Source of the DNA: Isurus oxyrinchus
Taxonomy: Eukaryota
DNA length: 64,000 bases
Assembly (NCBI GenBank): GCA_026770705.1
Contig: JANJGN010000036.1
Span: 1,798,001 to 1,862,000, forward strand
Direction: 5' to 3'
Part shown: positions 50,351 to 61,000 of the stretch, piece by piece
How positions within the stretch are numbered: position 1 is the first letter of the stretch
Layout: each line of letters opens with the position of its first letter
Notes under the pieces: model-generated
The model's input: only the letters and a program-made list of their open reading frames with translations
Database searches by the model: none
Told to the model about the DNA's origin: nothing
Made by a program: the position numbers and the translations under genes

Positions 50351-53300
50351 GTAAGATATCCTAACATTTTCAGATAGAGTGAAGGAGGGTTGAGATAGAG
50401 TAAATAAGGAGAAAATCGTTCCACTGGAAAGAGGATCGGTAACCAGAGGGAGACAGATTGAGGAGAGGAGAGCGTTTCAGGTAAACCATTAGAGAAAGTT
50501 ATAATCTCTTGAACAAAATAAATTGCACAACGTCAGCGGAAAATAAGAAATAGCAAAGAGTGAATGAGAGAATAATTTTAAAAATTGGGAATTTTAAGTC
50601 ATTAACTTCAGTTCCCATGTGCGTACCCCAGTAAATAAAACAGAATTGCTGGTGAATGGACTCGTACAGTGCCTTTGGAAAGACCGGGGAAAACAAGGCA
50701 AACAATCGCTTAATCAGCCCGATTTTAATTGTGTGGGGGTGCAATTTTCCCATATGGACTATTTTTAAATAAACGATTCTGCTTCCTCCATATGGGGGTG
50801 CATTCGCCGGTGTGTGTCTTCGGGGGAGACGGGTTGGGGGTGCGGGGTGAGGGGCTGCACAATACCCTGAGATGACTTTTTTTTTCTCCCTTGCTCAGTT
50901 ATTGTGTCTCATCGTCTCTTGTCCCAGTCTCCGCCGGTCAAGACACTCACTGCAGGGAGTCGCGCCAAACTGAGTTGTCACACGGAAAGGTCCAAACCTG
51001 GGCTCATATTCTGGTACAGACAGCGGGAGCGAAACGACATGAAGCTGGTTTACACAGCGCACAAGCTCACCCCAGCAGATGGGAGGTTTTCCCGCGAGAT
51101 TTCTGACAAAACGGGTTATTATTCACTGGTCATTGCGGATACCCGGAGAAATGACTCTGGAATGTATTACTGTGCCATCCGCAATTACCAGAACAGGGCC
51201 TTAATATTCGGAAATGGATCCCAGTTAGTGATTACAGGTAAATTTCGTCATTATTCCGTCGCTTTTGGTACTTCTACAGCAATTAAAAGTCTCTGGTTTC
51301 AACTGTTAATGGTTTGTCTGTTTCGTTTGCCAAATTTAGAGGACTCCCCGACCATTTTCCTCCTCACCTCGCAAGAGGATGAGATTCCTTCGGTGGAAAG
51401 GGTCCTGTTGTGTTTGATCAGAGGCTTGTCTCCCGATTCCTTTTTCGTCCGCTGGAATATTTCCGGGCGAGATACAGAGGGAAAGACCGATTCTGGGTCA
51501 ATTGAGTCGGACGGCACCTACACCATCAGGAGTTACACCAGCCTCTCGGCGGAAACTTGGAGCAGCGGCGCTCTCTGTACTTGCGCCGTTCAAATCAACT
51601 CCAGTGAAAATCTTCTCAGTGCAAGTGTCTCATCTCAGAGAGGTAGCTGCTAACAGTGACCGTTTACATACCTATTTATTGCTGATGGGAGGCTTTGACA
51701 ATTTTGTAAATTAGAATCGTGCATATTTCCGTGTGAGTCCATGCCTCACCATTTTATCATTGACCTATCACAGATCTCTCAATGTTTCAGTGTTTAGCTT
51801 TCTGAAATTTTAACTCCATCTGTTCTCTCTACACCAGAGAGCTAGGGTCGCTCCGTCACTGAGATAGATAGTTGTACACTAAGGGAATATGGGATCCGGG
51901 CAGTGTGAGTAATGTGAAGTTGATGTACAATATTAACCATGGTCTTATTGAACGGCGGATACCCTTCTGGGACCGAAACATCTCCTGCTCCTATTTCTTA
52001 TGTTCTTGTGTTTGGCTCGGCATATTGACATGGTTGCATGCCAGTGGACGACTTGTCAATGTGTATAATTGTAAGGTTTGATTGCAGTCCCAGCGTACCT
52101 CTCTGTCTCACCATGCCTGTGTACAATTACCTATTCATCTCTCGATCTACTTAACATCACAATATGTATGTCTGTCTTAGTTAAACAATGAGGTATAAGG
52201 TATCTTCTCCATCTGTGTGTCTGTCTGTTTATCTGTCTTTCCATCTGTCTCACTCTCTATCAATCCATTTCTGTCCGACTGCAGTCTAAGATATCTGTTT
52301 TCCTATTTGTCTGCCTATATATCTGGCTGTCTCTGTGTCTGAACAGCTCTCTCTACAACTCCCACTCTCTCTCCGTGTCTCTCACAGTCCCTCTCGCTCT
52401 GTGTCTATTACTTTCTCCCTGTCTCGCACTCTGTCTATGCTTTGAAACATGTATTGAACTCTCTATCTATATCACTCTCCCTTTGTTTATGTTGTCTATT
52501 TCTATCCTGGTTAAATGGTGCGTTATAAGACATCTGGGACATTCATCTATCTTTCTATCCCTCGACCTGTCTCCATACCTCTGTTTGCCTCTGTCTGCAT
52601 CTTGCTCTCTGCCTCTCTCTCTCTCTCTTTGCCTCTTCCTCGCTCTCTCTATCATTTTCCATCCAGTTAAACCGCTCTGTGTTAATTTGCTGCTTTATCT
52701 ATCACACTCTCTTGATCTCTCCGACTCTATCATTCTATTTATCTCTCAATCCATCTTTCCACCCATTTCTCCGTCCATCTCTCTGCTCTTCTCTCCATCT
52801 CTCCACCATCACTCCTCCGACTCCCCCTCCTTATATCCCCCATCTCTCCTTCCTCTCTCTCCATCTCTCCCACCCCTCCTTTCTCACACTCTCCCTCCCT
52901 ATCTTTCTGCCTATCTCCAATCTCTCCATCTCTTGTCCACTCTCCCCATCCCTCCCTCTCTCCCCATTTCTCCCTCCCCGTCTCTCCTTAACTCTTCCTC
53001 TCTCCAAATCCCCCTCTCCCCTATCTACCACCTCTCCCTCTCTCTCACTCTCTCCCATCTACCCCTCTCTTCCTCTCTCCACAAATATCCTTTTCCTCAG
53101 CATCTCTCCCTCTCTCCCTGTATCTCCCTTTCTCTCAATCATTTTTCCCTTTCTACCCAACTTTCCTCTTTCGCTCTCTAATTCCTCTTATCCCCGTTAC
53201 CCCTCTCTCCACCTCTCCAACTATTTATCTCTTTTTTCAACCTAGTTGAGCAGTTTTGTATCAGTGACCTACTCTCTCGAACACTGTCCGTTTCTCTCCG

Positions 53301-54783
53301 GTTTAACATTTCTGTGCTATTAAAACAGATCTCCATCCATTTTTCTCTGTCATTCTCCCTCTATCTCTCTCTTGTTATCTCTCTATCTTTCAACGATTTA
53401 AATAGTGCTCCATAAGATCGTTTCTCTCTCTCTCTCTCTATTTCTGTCTCCGATAAACAGTGCTCTATCTATTTCTCTGCCTCTCAGTGTTCTATTCAAA
53501 CAGGGCTATATATGATTGTTGCTCTCACTTGCTATCAATTTGTCATTCTCTTCCGCTATCCCTTCTGCCTCTTTCTTTCTCTTCCAACTACTGTCCGGTC
53601 TCGCAGTTGTTCTATAAGATCTCTGCTCTATTTTCAGGATGATGAAATATGGAAAAATCTATTTCAGTTTTCGGGTGAAATCGCAAATTCAGGTTTGTCA
53701 TTTTTTCACTTGTTTGATTACTTCCACAAAATTTATTTTCAATGAAAGCTTTTTTGCAGATTCTCCGCTACCTGCCACCTGCAGTTTTCCGCTTTTATGG
53801 AGTTTGTCCGCGTCGGCGCTTCTCCTTCTGGGGATGATCCTTGTGGCCGGGAAAAGGAGCTGCAGGAACCAGCAGACAGGTAGCGATTGTTGGGGGGACG
53901 CTGTAATTCCGCGGTGCTCTCAATACGTCCGTTACTCAATGCGTTCTTGACACTTTCAGCCGGTTCAGTGGGAAACGGAGCCATTTATGTTCAGTGTGAA
54001 ATGTAGCCATTGATGCTCAGTTCAAACTTTACTTTCTAACAGGCAACATGAACAATGATCAGGAACTGACAGACTCCAGATCACACCGACAGAATGAAAA
54101 GGTAAAAGAATGGAACTGTTGTTGCCACTACACGTGAAGGCGTTTCACTGATTTGTTTTATCTAAGCTTTAAAATTCATCATTATTATTGTAAGAGTCAG
54201 GAAAACGTTGCGTCATTTGTAATTCTGGATGGCAGAAATTAGGCTTCAATCCGTCTCGTTCGGGGAGATTGAGGGACAATCTGAGCGGTTTAAGGTGATA
54301 AAAGGATACAACAGTGTCAATAGGGAGAAGCTATCTGCTCCGGTGGCGAGGAGGGGTGGGGGCAGATTGGTACAGGGAGTAGCGTGAGGTTGGGATGGGG
54401 TGGTGGGGGGAGGGGTGGCGGTGGTGGCTAGAGTCCAGGTCTCAGAACCTTAAAATTAGAGCCAGGTCGTTCACGGTTGATGTCAGGAAACCTGGAACTC
54501 ACTCCCTTCAAAAGCTGCTGTGGTGAGGTGCCAATTGGAAATGTCAAAATTGAGACTGACAGATTTTGTTGGGTACAGGGATTAAGGATTAAGGAACCAA
54601 GGTGGGTAGATAGGAGTTATGGTACAGATCCGCCATGATCAAACTGAATAGACTTGAGGGGCTGAATGTCCTCCTCCTATCCCTATGATGATGGTGTTTG
54701 TTATATTTATATATTCGGTTTTTATTGTTTCTCCACAGACACTTTATGCCCGCTTGGCTTTTAAGGAGAATCCCAAACTCTGA
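50308..54783 (+). CDS. Gene E: apparently intact non-rearranging VJ-C1-TM IgSF receptor (PRARP/VJC1-like), 6 coding exons, 302 aa
   Basis: Exons 50308-50350, 50899-51237, 51340-51642, 53760-53879, 54043-54101, 54739-54783. All have GT-AG sites and compatible phases (1,1,1,1,0); total 909 nt with no internal stop. Protein: MRYLGVCALSHLFQVIVS leader, V-J, C1, TM, tail ending TLYARLAFKENPKL*. Confidence 0.85.
50899..51237 (+). CDS. Gene E V-J exon (germline-joined V domain)
   Basis: LSQSP..LSC..WYRQ..GRFS..YSLVI..DSGMYYC..FGNGSQLVIT in one 339-nt exon, CTCAG acceptor and ACAG|GT donor. Confidence 0.95.
51340..51642 (+). CDS. Gene E C1-set exon
   Basis: SPTIFLL..LLCLIRG..VRWNISG..DGTYTIRS..ETWSSG..CTCAV; 303 nt, phase 1-1. 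Confidence 0.93.
52350..53480 (+). repeat. CT-rich low-complexity intron tract; paralog about 7680-8350
   Basis: Polypyrimidine tract; the 268-aa and 188-aa S/L/P ORFs here are compositional artefacts. Confidence 0.85.
53760..53879 (+). CDS. Gene E connecting peptide/TM exon
   Basis: TTGCAG acceptor; DSPLPATCSFPLLWSLSASALLLLGMILVAGKRSCRNQQT; ACAG|GTAGCG donor; homologous exons in A, B, C. Confidence 0.85.
54043..54101 (+). CDS. Gene E cytoplasmic exon 1
   Basis: 59 nt, phase 1-0, GNMNNDQELTDSRSHRQNEK; same length in A, B and C. Confidence 0.85.
54739..54783 (+). CDS. Gene E terminal exon with TxYxxL motif
   Basis: CCACAG acceptor; TLYARLAFKENPKL*; 45-nt coding part also in B and C. Confidence 0.85.
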   Translation, partial: TLYARLAFKENPKL

Positions 54784-55702
54784 TTGGAGAGGGAAGAGGG
54801 AGAGTGCTCACAGTCTGCTTCCCGAACATGACGTGTTCTGGAAAGTTTCCTCTGTTGAGCGGGACAGTCCGAAATTCCAACCGGCACCAATTCAGGCGCA
54901 TTCTCGGCACAATTTTGTGATTTCGCCCATAGGGGACCCGGAACTATCACTTAATGCCCGCTATTCTAACGATGAAATATCGCCTGCACTTCCACTCCAG
55001 CCTCTGCAGGTTTCTGATATTTTATTATTGAATTCTGCACCTTTTACAGTATGTGAGTAACATATTATTCAGACAGGTTTTGCGATGTATCTGTGCTCGA
55101 ATTGCCTACATATTAAAACAAATTTGAAAACCAATGACTGCTCTGTGATTGGAGTTTTTTTTTGATCATTCAGACCAGATGCACCCAGGGTATCTCTGAA
55201 GGCAATTAACAAAGTCATTTATAGAGCGAATGTAAGGGAGATAGAAGTAAGGGAAGGGATTTGGTCTGCTTTGATATGAAAGCTGCAGTGTTATTGGACA
55301 CTGGTTGTGTCCTAGGAGTGAACAGCGTTATATTTACTTTTGAAAGAAGAATATTGACAATCAATACGCCCTTTTGACAATACAGTTGAGTGGATTTTAC
55401 CGTCAAAAATCACTAGTCCGCAGACACTTAAAGCACTGCAAGAGGCCATTTGGCCCTTCACTCAGAGCCAGCTCTTTGAATGCGCACTTTCGTCCCATAC
55501 ACCAAATGTCTCCTCATGACCCTTAGAATTAGTCCTCTTCTAGTAAACCTACCAGTAAATGTTACATCTATCGCGCTTACAGTACAACTCATCCGCTGTG
55601 ACTGAAAGCAGCTTGCTGGCGATGTTAATAGTTCAGAAGCGTGAAATCAATTCTCACCTCACATTAGAAGATTAGTCAAACCCGTACGTAAGTTTGAGAT
55701 GG

Positions 55703-55868
55703 TGCGATGGTGCGATATATTTCCATGACAATCATAACTATTAAAAAGCTGGACTGGAAACACTTGATGTGCTGATTACCCTTGATGTACTGCGATGGTG
55801 TGATATATTTCCATGACAATCATAACTATTAAAAAGCTGGACTGGAAACCCTTGATGTGCTGATTACC
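55703..55868 (+). repeat. Near-perfect tandem duplication, period 88 bp
   Basis: TGCGATGGTGyGATATATTTCCATGACAATC..GCTGATTACC at 55703 and 55791. Confidence 0.9.
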
Positions 55869-57655
55869 GGATAATTTTGCTGGCGATTAAAATCTGATCC
55901 GCAGAACCCCTTGTGATTCCTGTTCCGAACGGATGGAAACATTCCCAAATCAGCACCGGCTTATTATAATATAAAGAGACATTCTGCACATATACTTCGA
56001 GTGTATTTGGGGACACTTATTACAGGAAGTAGATGGTAAAGGGCATTCTGCTAAGCAGAGTGCATACATCCAGCAAGGTTCTTTCCTCCTCAAACTGCAG
56101 GAAAATAACCGTTGCTTAAAAGAAAAAAAAATCAGGGGTTTGGCAACCACCTCCCTATTGTCCCCAAGCAGAGAACCAATCTTACTGCTGATCACTTTGT
56201 GTGTCATAGACCTCCAGGCATCAGTCCTCTCAATACCCCGAATGGCTAATCCGACAGGCGCTTTGGAGAAGGAGATGACAATTCATTTCCTCTCTTGGAT
56301 TGGACCTGGCATTCAATCGGATGATGGCTGAAGTTAGGAAACAGAGATAGTTTAAGTAAGTTACATGGGTATTTGGGTGTGTTAAGTCTATACGATTTAT
56401 GATTAAGTTTAATTTTAATTCATAAAGGTTTCTAATTGTGGATTGAAAGGTGCAACCTGGGATCTAGTTCCATTTTTGAATGTAGGCAGCAGATTTAAAG
56501 CTCTGTTTGTATATCTACATTTCTAATGGTTTTTATGACTCTTGAAGAGAAGGCAAATCAAACACAAGAGCAGAAAATGATTGTGCTATTGCCTTTCAAC
56601 TGAGATGTAGAGAGGGTGGCCCCACTCCCACAGCCATACACATACATACACACACATATATAGAGAGAGAAAAAAAGCAGCAGTCTGAGTTCACTTGAAA
56701 ACAGCAGCCAGTGAGAGGCTGGAGAGCAGAGGGACAGAGAGCAAGCCCAAAACCTCAGTCATTGTGTATGTTTAAGGTAAAGTTTGATATTTTTTCTGAA
56801 TAACAGTTAACTAAATGGAGATGGAGATTGTATGGGTAAAATGCATTGACATGTTCGATCAGCTATGATCATAGCGATTAGAGGAGGAGGCTCGACGGCC
56901 TGAATGGCCTTCTCCTGTTCCTATATTCCTATGGGAGGATGAGCATGTGGAGGTGAACGAACGGCACAGAGCATGAGGTCTTAGCTCCCTGATCCACAGG
57001 AGCAATTCTGACAGAACGAGAGAGGAGGGGAGAGCGATTCTGAGTAAAACTGTTACTGAAACATTACCATCTGATTCCCGGTTTCTTCATTCTGGTGTGC
57101 TTCTGTTGAGACCAGAAGAAATTAATCTGTTCGCGATGAATTAAACAGAACACTAGTAATTAGGGTTTTTTTTTCTCGCCTTCATGCGAATATCATAAAC
57201 AACAATGTTATTGAATTGAGCATCATTATCTTTTGGCCTCAGTTTGACCCAGTCTGGACTGCGCACCGCCTGTGACGCGTGTTTTCCACAATCTGTCGCG
57301 TGTTGTCCTTTGCAGGCAGAGCCGTGTGTGGTCTCCGAAGCTATAAACAGGAAACCCCCAGCTAAAATTACACCGCACTTCATTTTCCAGTGAGTGTATA
57401 TGTGTGTGTGGGCCAGGGGCGGAGGTGGAGGGAAGGGCTGGGGGGTGCGGGTTTAACCCCTGTGTCACTGGGGCCCATGTTTATCACGCGAGCAACATCA
57501 TTAAAGGCATGATCTGTGTAACAAACACATTCTTATTTGTGGGCCTTGCTCTGCGCAGTTACCGCTGCCGCACTGTTCTAGCCGCTTCTTCATGGGAAGA
57601 ATTTTCTCTCTCCCGGGGATAACAGAACCCAGGGTGTTGACTTTGTGCCTCTCGG

Positions 57656-58071
57656 TTAGTGTATCTCGGGCTGTTTTGTCCCAGGCTCCGGCGGTTCATA
57701 ATCTCTCGCTTGGAAGTACCAACAATGTGCATTATGAGACGGCTTAGTTGGCGGTGCTGTTGTGAGTCGGGGGTGGTGATGGGGAGGCGCCGGGGGCATG
57801 GGCGGTGCTGCGGAGGGTGCGGGGGTGGTTCTAAGGAGGGGGAGGGTGCGGGGGCGGTGCTGGGGGGAGAGAAGGGACGGGGGAAGTGCTGCGGAGGGTG
57901 CGGGGGCGGTGCTAAGGAGGGGGAGGGTGGGGGGGGGGCGGTGGGGGAGGGGACGGGTGCGATCCCCTGGTGTAAACCTGATCCATTTGCCACTGGTTTA
58001 TACCATGACAGAATAACAAGGTTATTTTCGGGGGATGTTTGCGGCACAGGCAGTCTCTATTCTCTGATCAT
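57656..58071 (+). pseudogene. Gene F: V-exon remnant with G-rich expansion; 3' V and C1 deleted
   Basis: VSRAVLSQAPAVHNLSLGS..; acceptor AG changed to GG; TAG at 57745; resumes WCKP..FSGDV..LYSLI, then jumps to sequence matching the post-C1 intron of E/B. Confidence 0.8.
57765..57958 (+). repeat. G-rich minisatellite inside the gene F V remnant
   Basis: Repeated GGGCGGTGCT / GGAGGGTGCGGGG / TAAGGAGGGGGAGGGTG units. Confidence 0.8.
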
Positions 58072-61000
58072 GTGCCTATGTCTACTTTCTGACTCCTTAC
58101 TCCAGTCTCATGTATCTCATTGTTTCAGTCTTTAGCTTTCTGAATTTTTAAGTCTAACCGTCTCTTTGGCGTAAAAGCGAATGGAGGGAGATATGTTGTT
58201 TTGACATTTCAATGATTAAATTAAAACGTAATATTCTGTTTACCAATTTTCCTCCCGATTCCTCTATATCATCACCTGTACTCCATTGAGCTTCCAGCAC
58301 GGAAACAGTGCATTCGGCCCTTTTACTTGATGCTGCTGTTGCTGCTCCACACGAACCTCCTCCCACCTCCTCTTCATCTCCCCCCATAAACATATTCTAC
58401 TACTCCATTCTCACTCAGCTTCACCCTTAAATCCATCTCTGCAAATGATCTAAACCACTCCCTGTGGGAGCGAGTTCCACATTCTCCCCGCTCTCTGGGT
58501 TAAAAGATTTCTCCTGAATTCGCGATTGCAATTCTTGGTGATTACCTGATTTGATGGCTTCGAGCCCTGGATTCCCCCAACAAGCGCAAACACCTTGTCT
58601 AAGCCTGTGTGAAAAATCATTTCATAATCTCAAATTTCTCAGGTCACTCCCCAGTCTTCTCTTTTCTTGAGAATTGAAGACAACCTGTTCAATTTTTCCT
58701 GATGGTTACAGCCTCTGAGTTTGGAATCATTACAGTAAACTTTTTTTTCACCTTCCCATGTTTCTCTGCATTCTTTTTTACATGATGTAAGGACTATCAT
58801 TGTTCACAGTGACATACGTGTGCTCAGGCAAAGTTTTAATATCCGTTTAAAATATATTTTTCTTCTTTTCATGCTTATTGATGTAGACATGTCCACACTC
58901 TGGACCTCTGATTTTTCTAACCTTATTAACCTATGGCACCAATTTCAATGATATTTGTATCTGCACTTCAGAACCCTCTGCTCCTCTATCCAAATTAACG
59001 CTGACATCATCCCAGACCTAAGCCCTTCCCAAACCCCAATCTTTATCCTTCCTGGCAAAGCGGTCTCCATATAACTTTTCATCCAAGTCAAAGAAAGAAA
59101 TTCGCCGGATAACTATAAACTACTTAGTCTTTCATGCGTGGCGGGAAAACGCTTAGCATTAATTATTATAAATGGGATTGGTGAGCTTTTCTGAATATAT
59201 GGGTTAGTTACGGAAAGGCAGTACCGATTTGTGAAAGTGTCATCATGCTGAACTGGACAGTTAAAGAGAAAGCAGCAGATAGAATGCGTATGGATTTCGA
59301 GCAGGTCTTCATGTGTTTAATTGAAATAATAACGCGTGCAGTATGAAGGAGTTGTAGGAAGATCGATATAATCATGAATACAGACAGGGAGAAATGAGTA
59401 TTCCTCATGGTGAGCGATGGTTGGAGGTGTTGCATTCCGGTTTGGTCTTTGGGACAAGTTTGGAACTGATGTAAGAATGTGGAGAGAGAGGTGGGTGAAG
59501 ATATAAAAACTTCGACTTAATTTACCAAATAGTCAGCAGAAACATGGAGGCCTTCATTGCCTCAGTCTGTGCACGATACTGTGCTGGACATTGTTGAATA
59601 TTTCCATCATTTTATTTTGTTTTAATAAACGTATCTATGCATCTATCGTGCACTACCTGGCTTCTTTATGCTTATCTATCTATCTATATATTTATCCTAC
59701 TATCTGTGGTACTGTCTATGTATGTATGCATGTATGTATGTATCTATCTATCTATCTATCTATGTGCCTGTCTGCCTGCCTTAATACCTTTCAGTCTACC
59801 TATCTAGCTTTCTACCTGTCTGCCTGTCCGCCTATCTATCTATCTTGTCTATCTCTCTCCGTCTATATCTCTCTATCTATCTATCTATATATATATATCT
59901 AACTATCCATCTATCTATCTATATATATATAGCTTTCTTTCTATCTATCCATCTATCTATCCAATCTATCTACCTGTCGACTAAAGAATCCTAATAATGT
60001 ACAAAAAGCGAAGTGAAACCCGACCGGAGTTTGGGAACAAAATGCAAAAAGAGCATGTAGAGGAGAAAGTGCATCGTACTGAAGGAAGAATATTTGCAAT
60101 GTGATCAGCTTCTATGCTTGCTAATGCCAATTTCAAGAGAATTTCTATTTCCCTTCGCCATGTTACGTTCATTCTGCTGGCAATCCAGTCCAACGCCCGA
60201 TCAGAGGGAGCTGCCACACGGCCTGTTCACTGTTTCCTCATTCAGTTTTTTAGTAGGATCCTTAGCCATGGAAATATCAACTGTGGGCTATGTTAGGAAT
60301 CCCCCGCCATTCCCCAACAATTACAGTGTCTGTGTATGGGGTGTGCACATGTGCTCCACCCATACCCTTAGGGGAGGCCAATGAATCTTTTCGGCTTGGG
60401 TCATGCCCTTTGTCCCCCTGATGATTCTTAAAACCCAGATCCCATCATTTCAGAGAACATACTAAAGCGAGTGACGAGCTTCAGCAAATTTACCAACCAC
60501 AAATTCTACCTTGTCCATTGACCAGAGGTTGTCCCCATGCTCACAAGTTGCATGTTCAACCACGAGGCTAAGTCAATATTTAAATGATATGAGCGCTAGT
60601 TAAAGTGAAACTGTGTATTTCAGTCCTGACACTCCAGGCTTGCTTCGGACAGCCTTTCCATTCCCATCACGGGTGAAGTTCCGACATGTCCTGCTCATCA
60701 CTGAACTCAGCGTCCTGCCCTTACCCCTAATCCATTCACTGGCGACTGACTGCGGCCTCAAAAATGTTGGCTGCTCTTGCCCCTGGATCCCAATTCCCTG
60801 ATCCAGAATACCCTACCTCGATGCTGAGTTTCAACAGCGCTCTTCCAACCAAGTGAACCACTTCCTTCTTCCTTAAGCACCATCCATCGCGAATGATAGC
60901 GCGTAAATTATTAACAGAACAAAGACTTCTGCCTTCTGCCTTCTGGACAAGTTCCATCGCTTTCCAGTATTCCTGTGAATCGATCCGAGAACTCTTGCCA

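Noticed and set aside
19788-51642. Interpretation as germline-joined Ig light chain or TCR genes
   Set aside because: TM and multi-exon Tyr-motif tails exclude IgL; no CART-type TM, no separate J segments and no RSS argue against TCR.
52375-53245. Long S/L/P-rich ORFs (also 7934-8302, 57559-58135, 832-1254)
   Set aside because: Products of low-complexity CT-rich or G/C-rich tracts.
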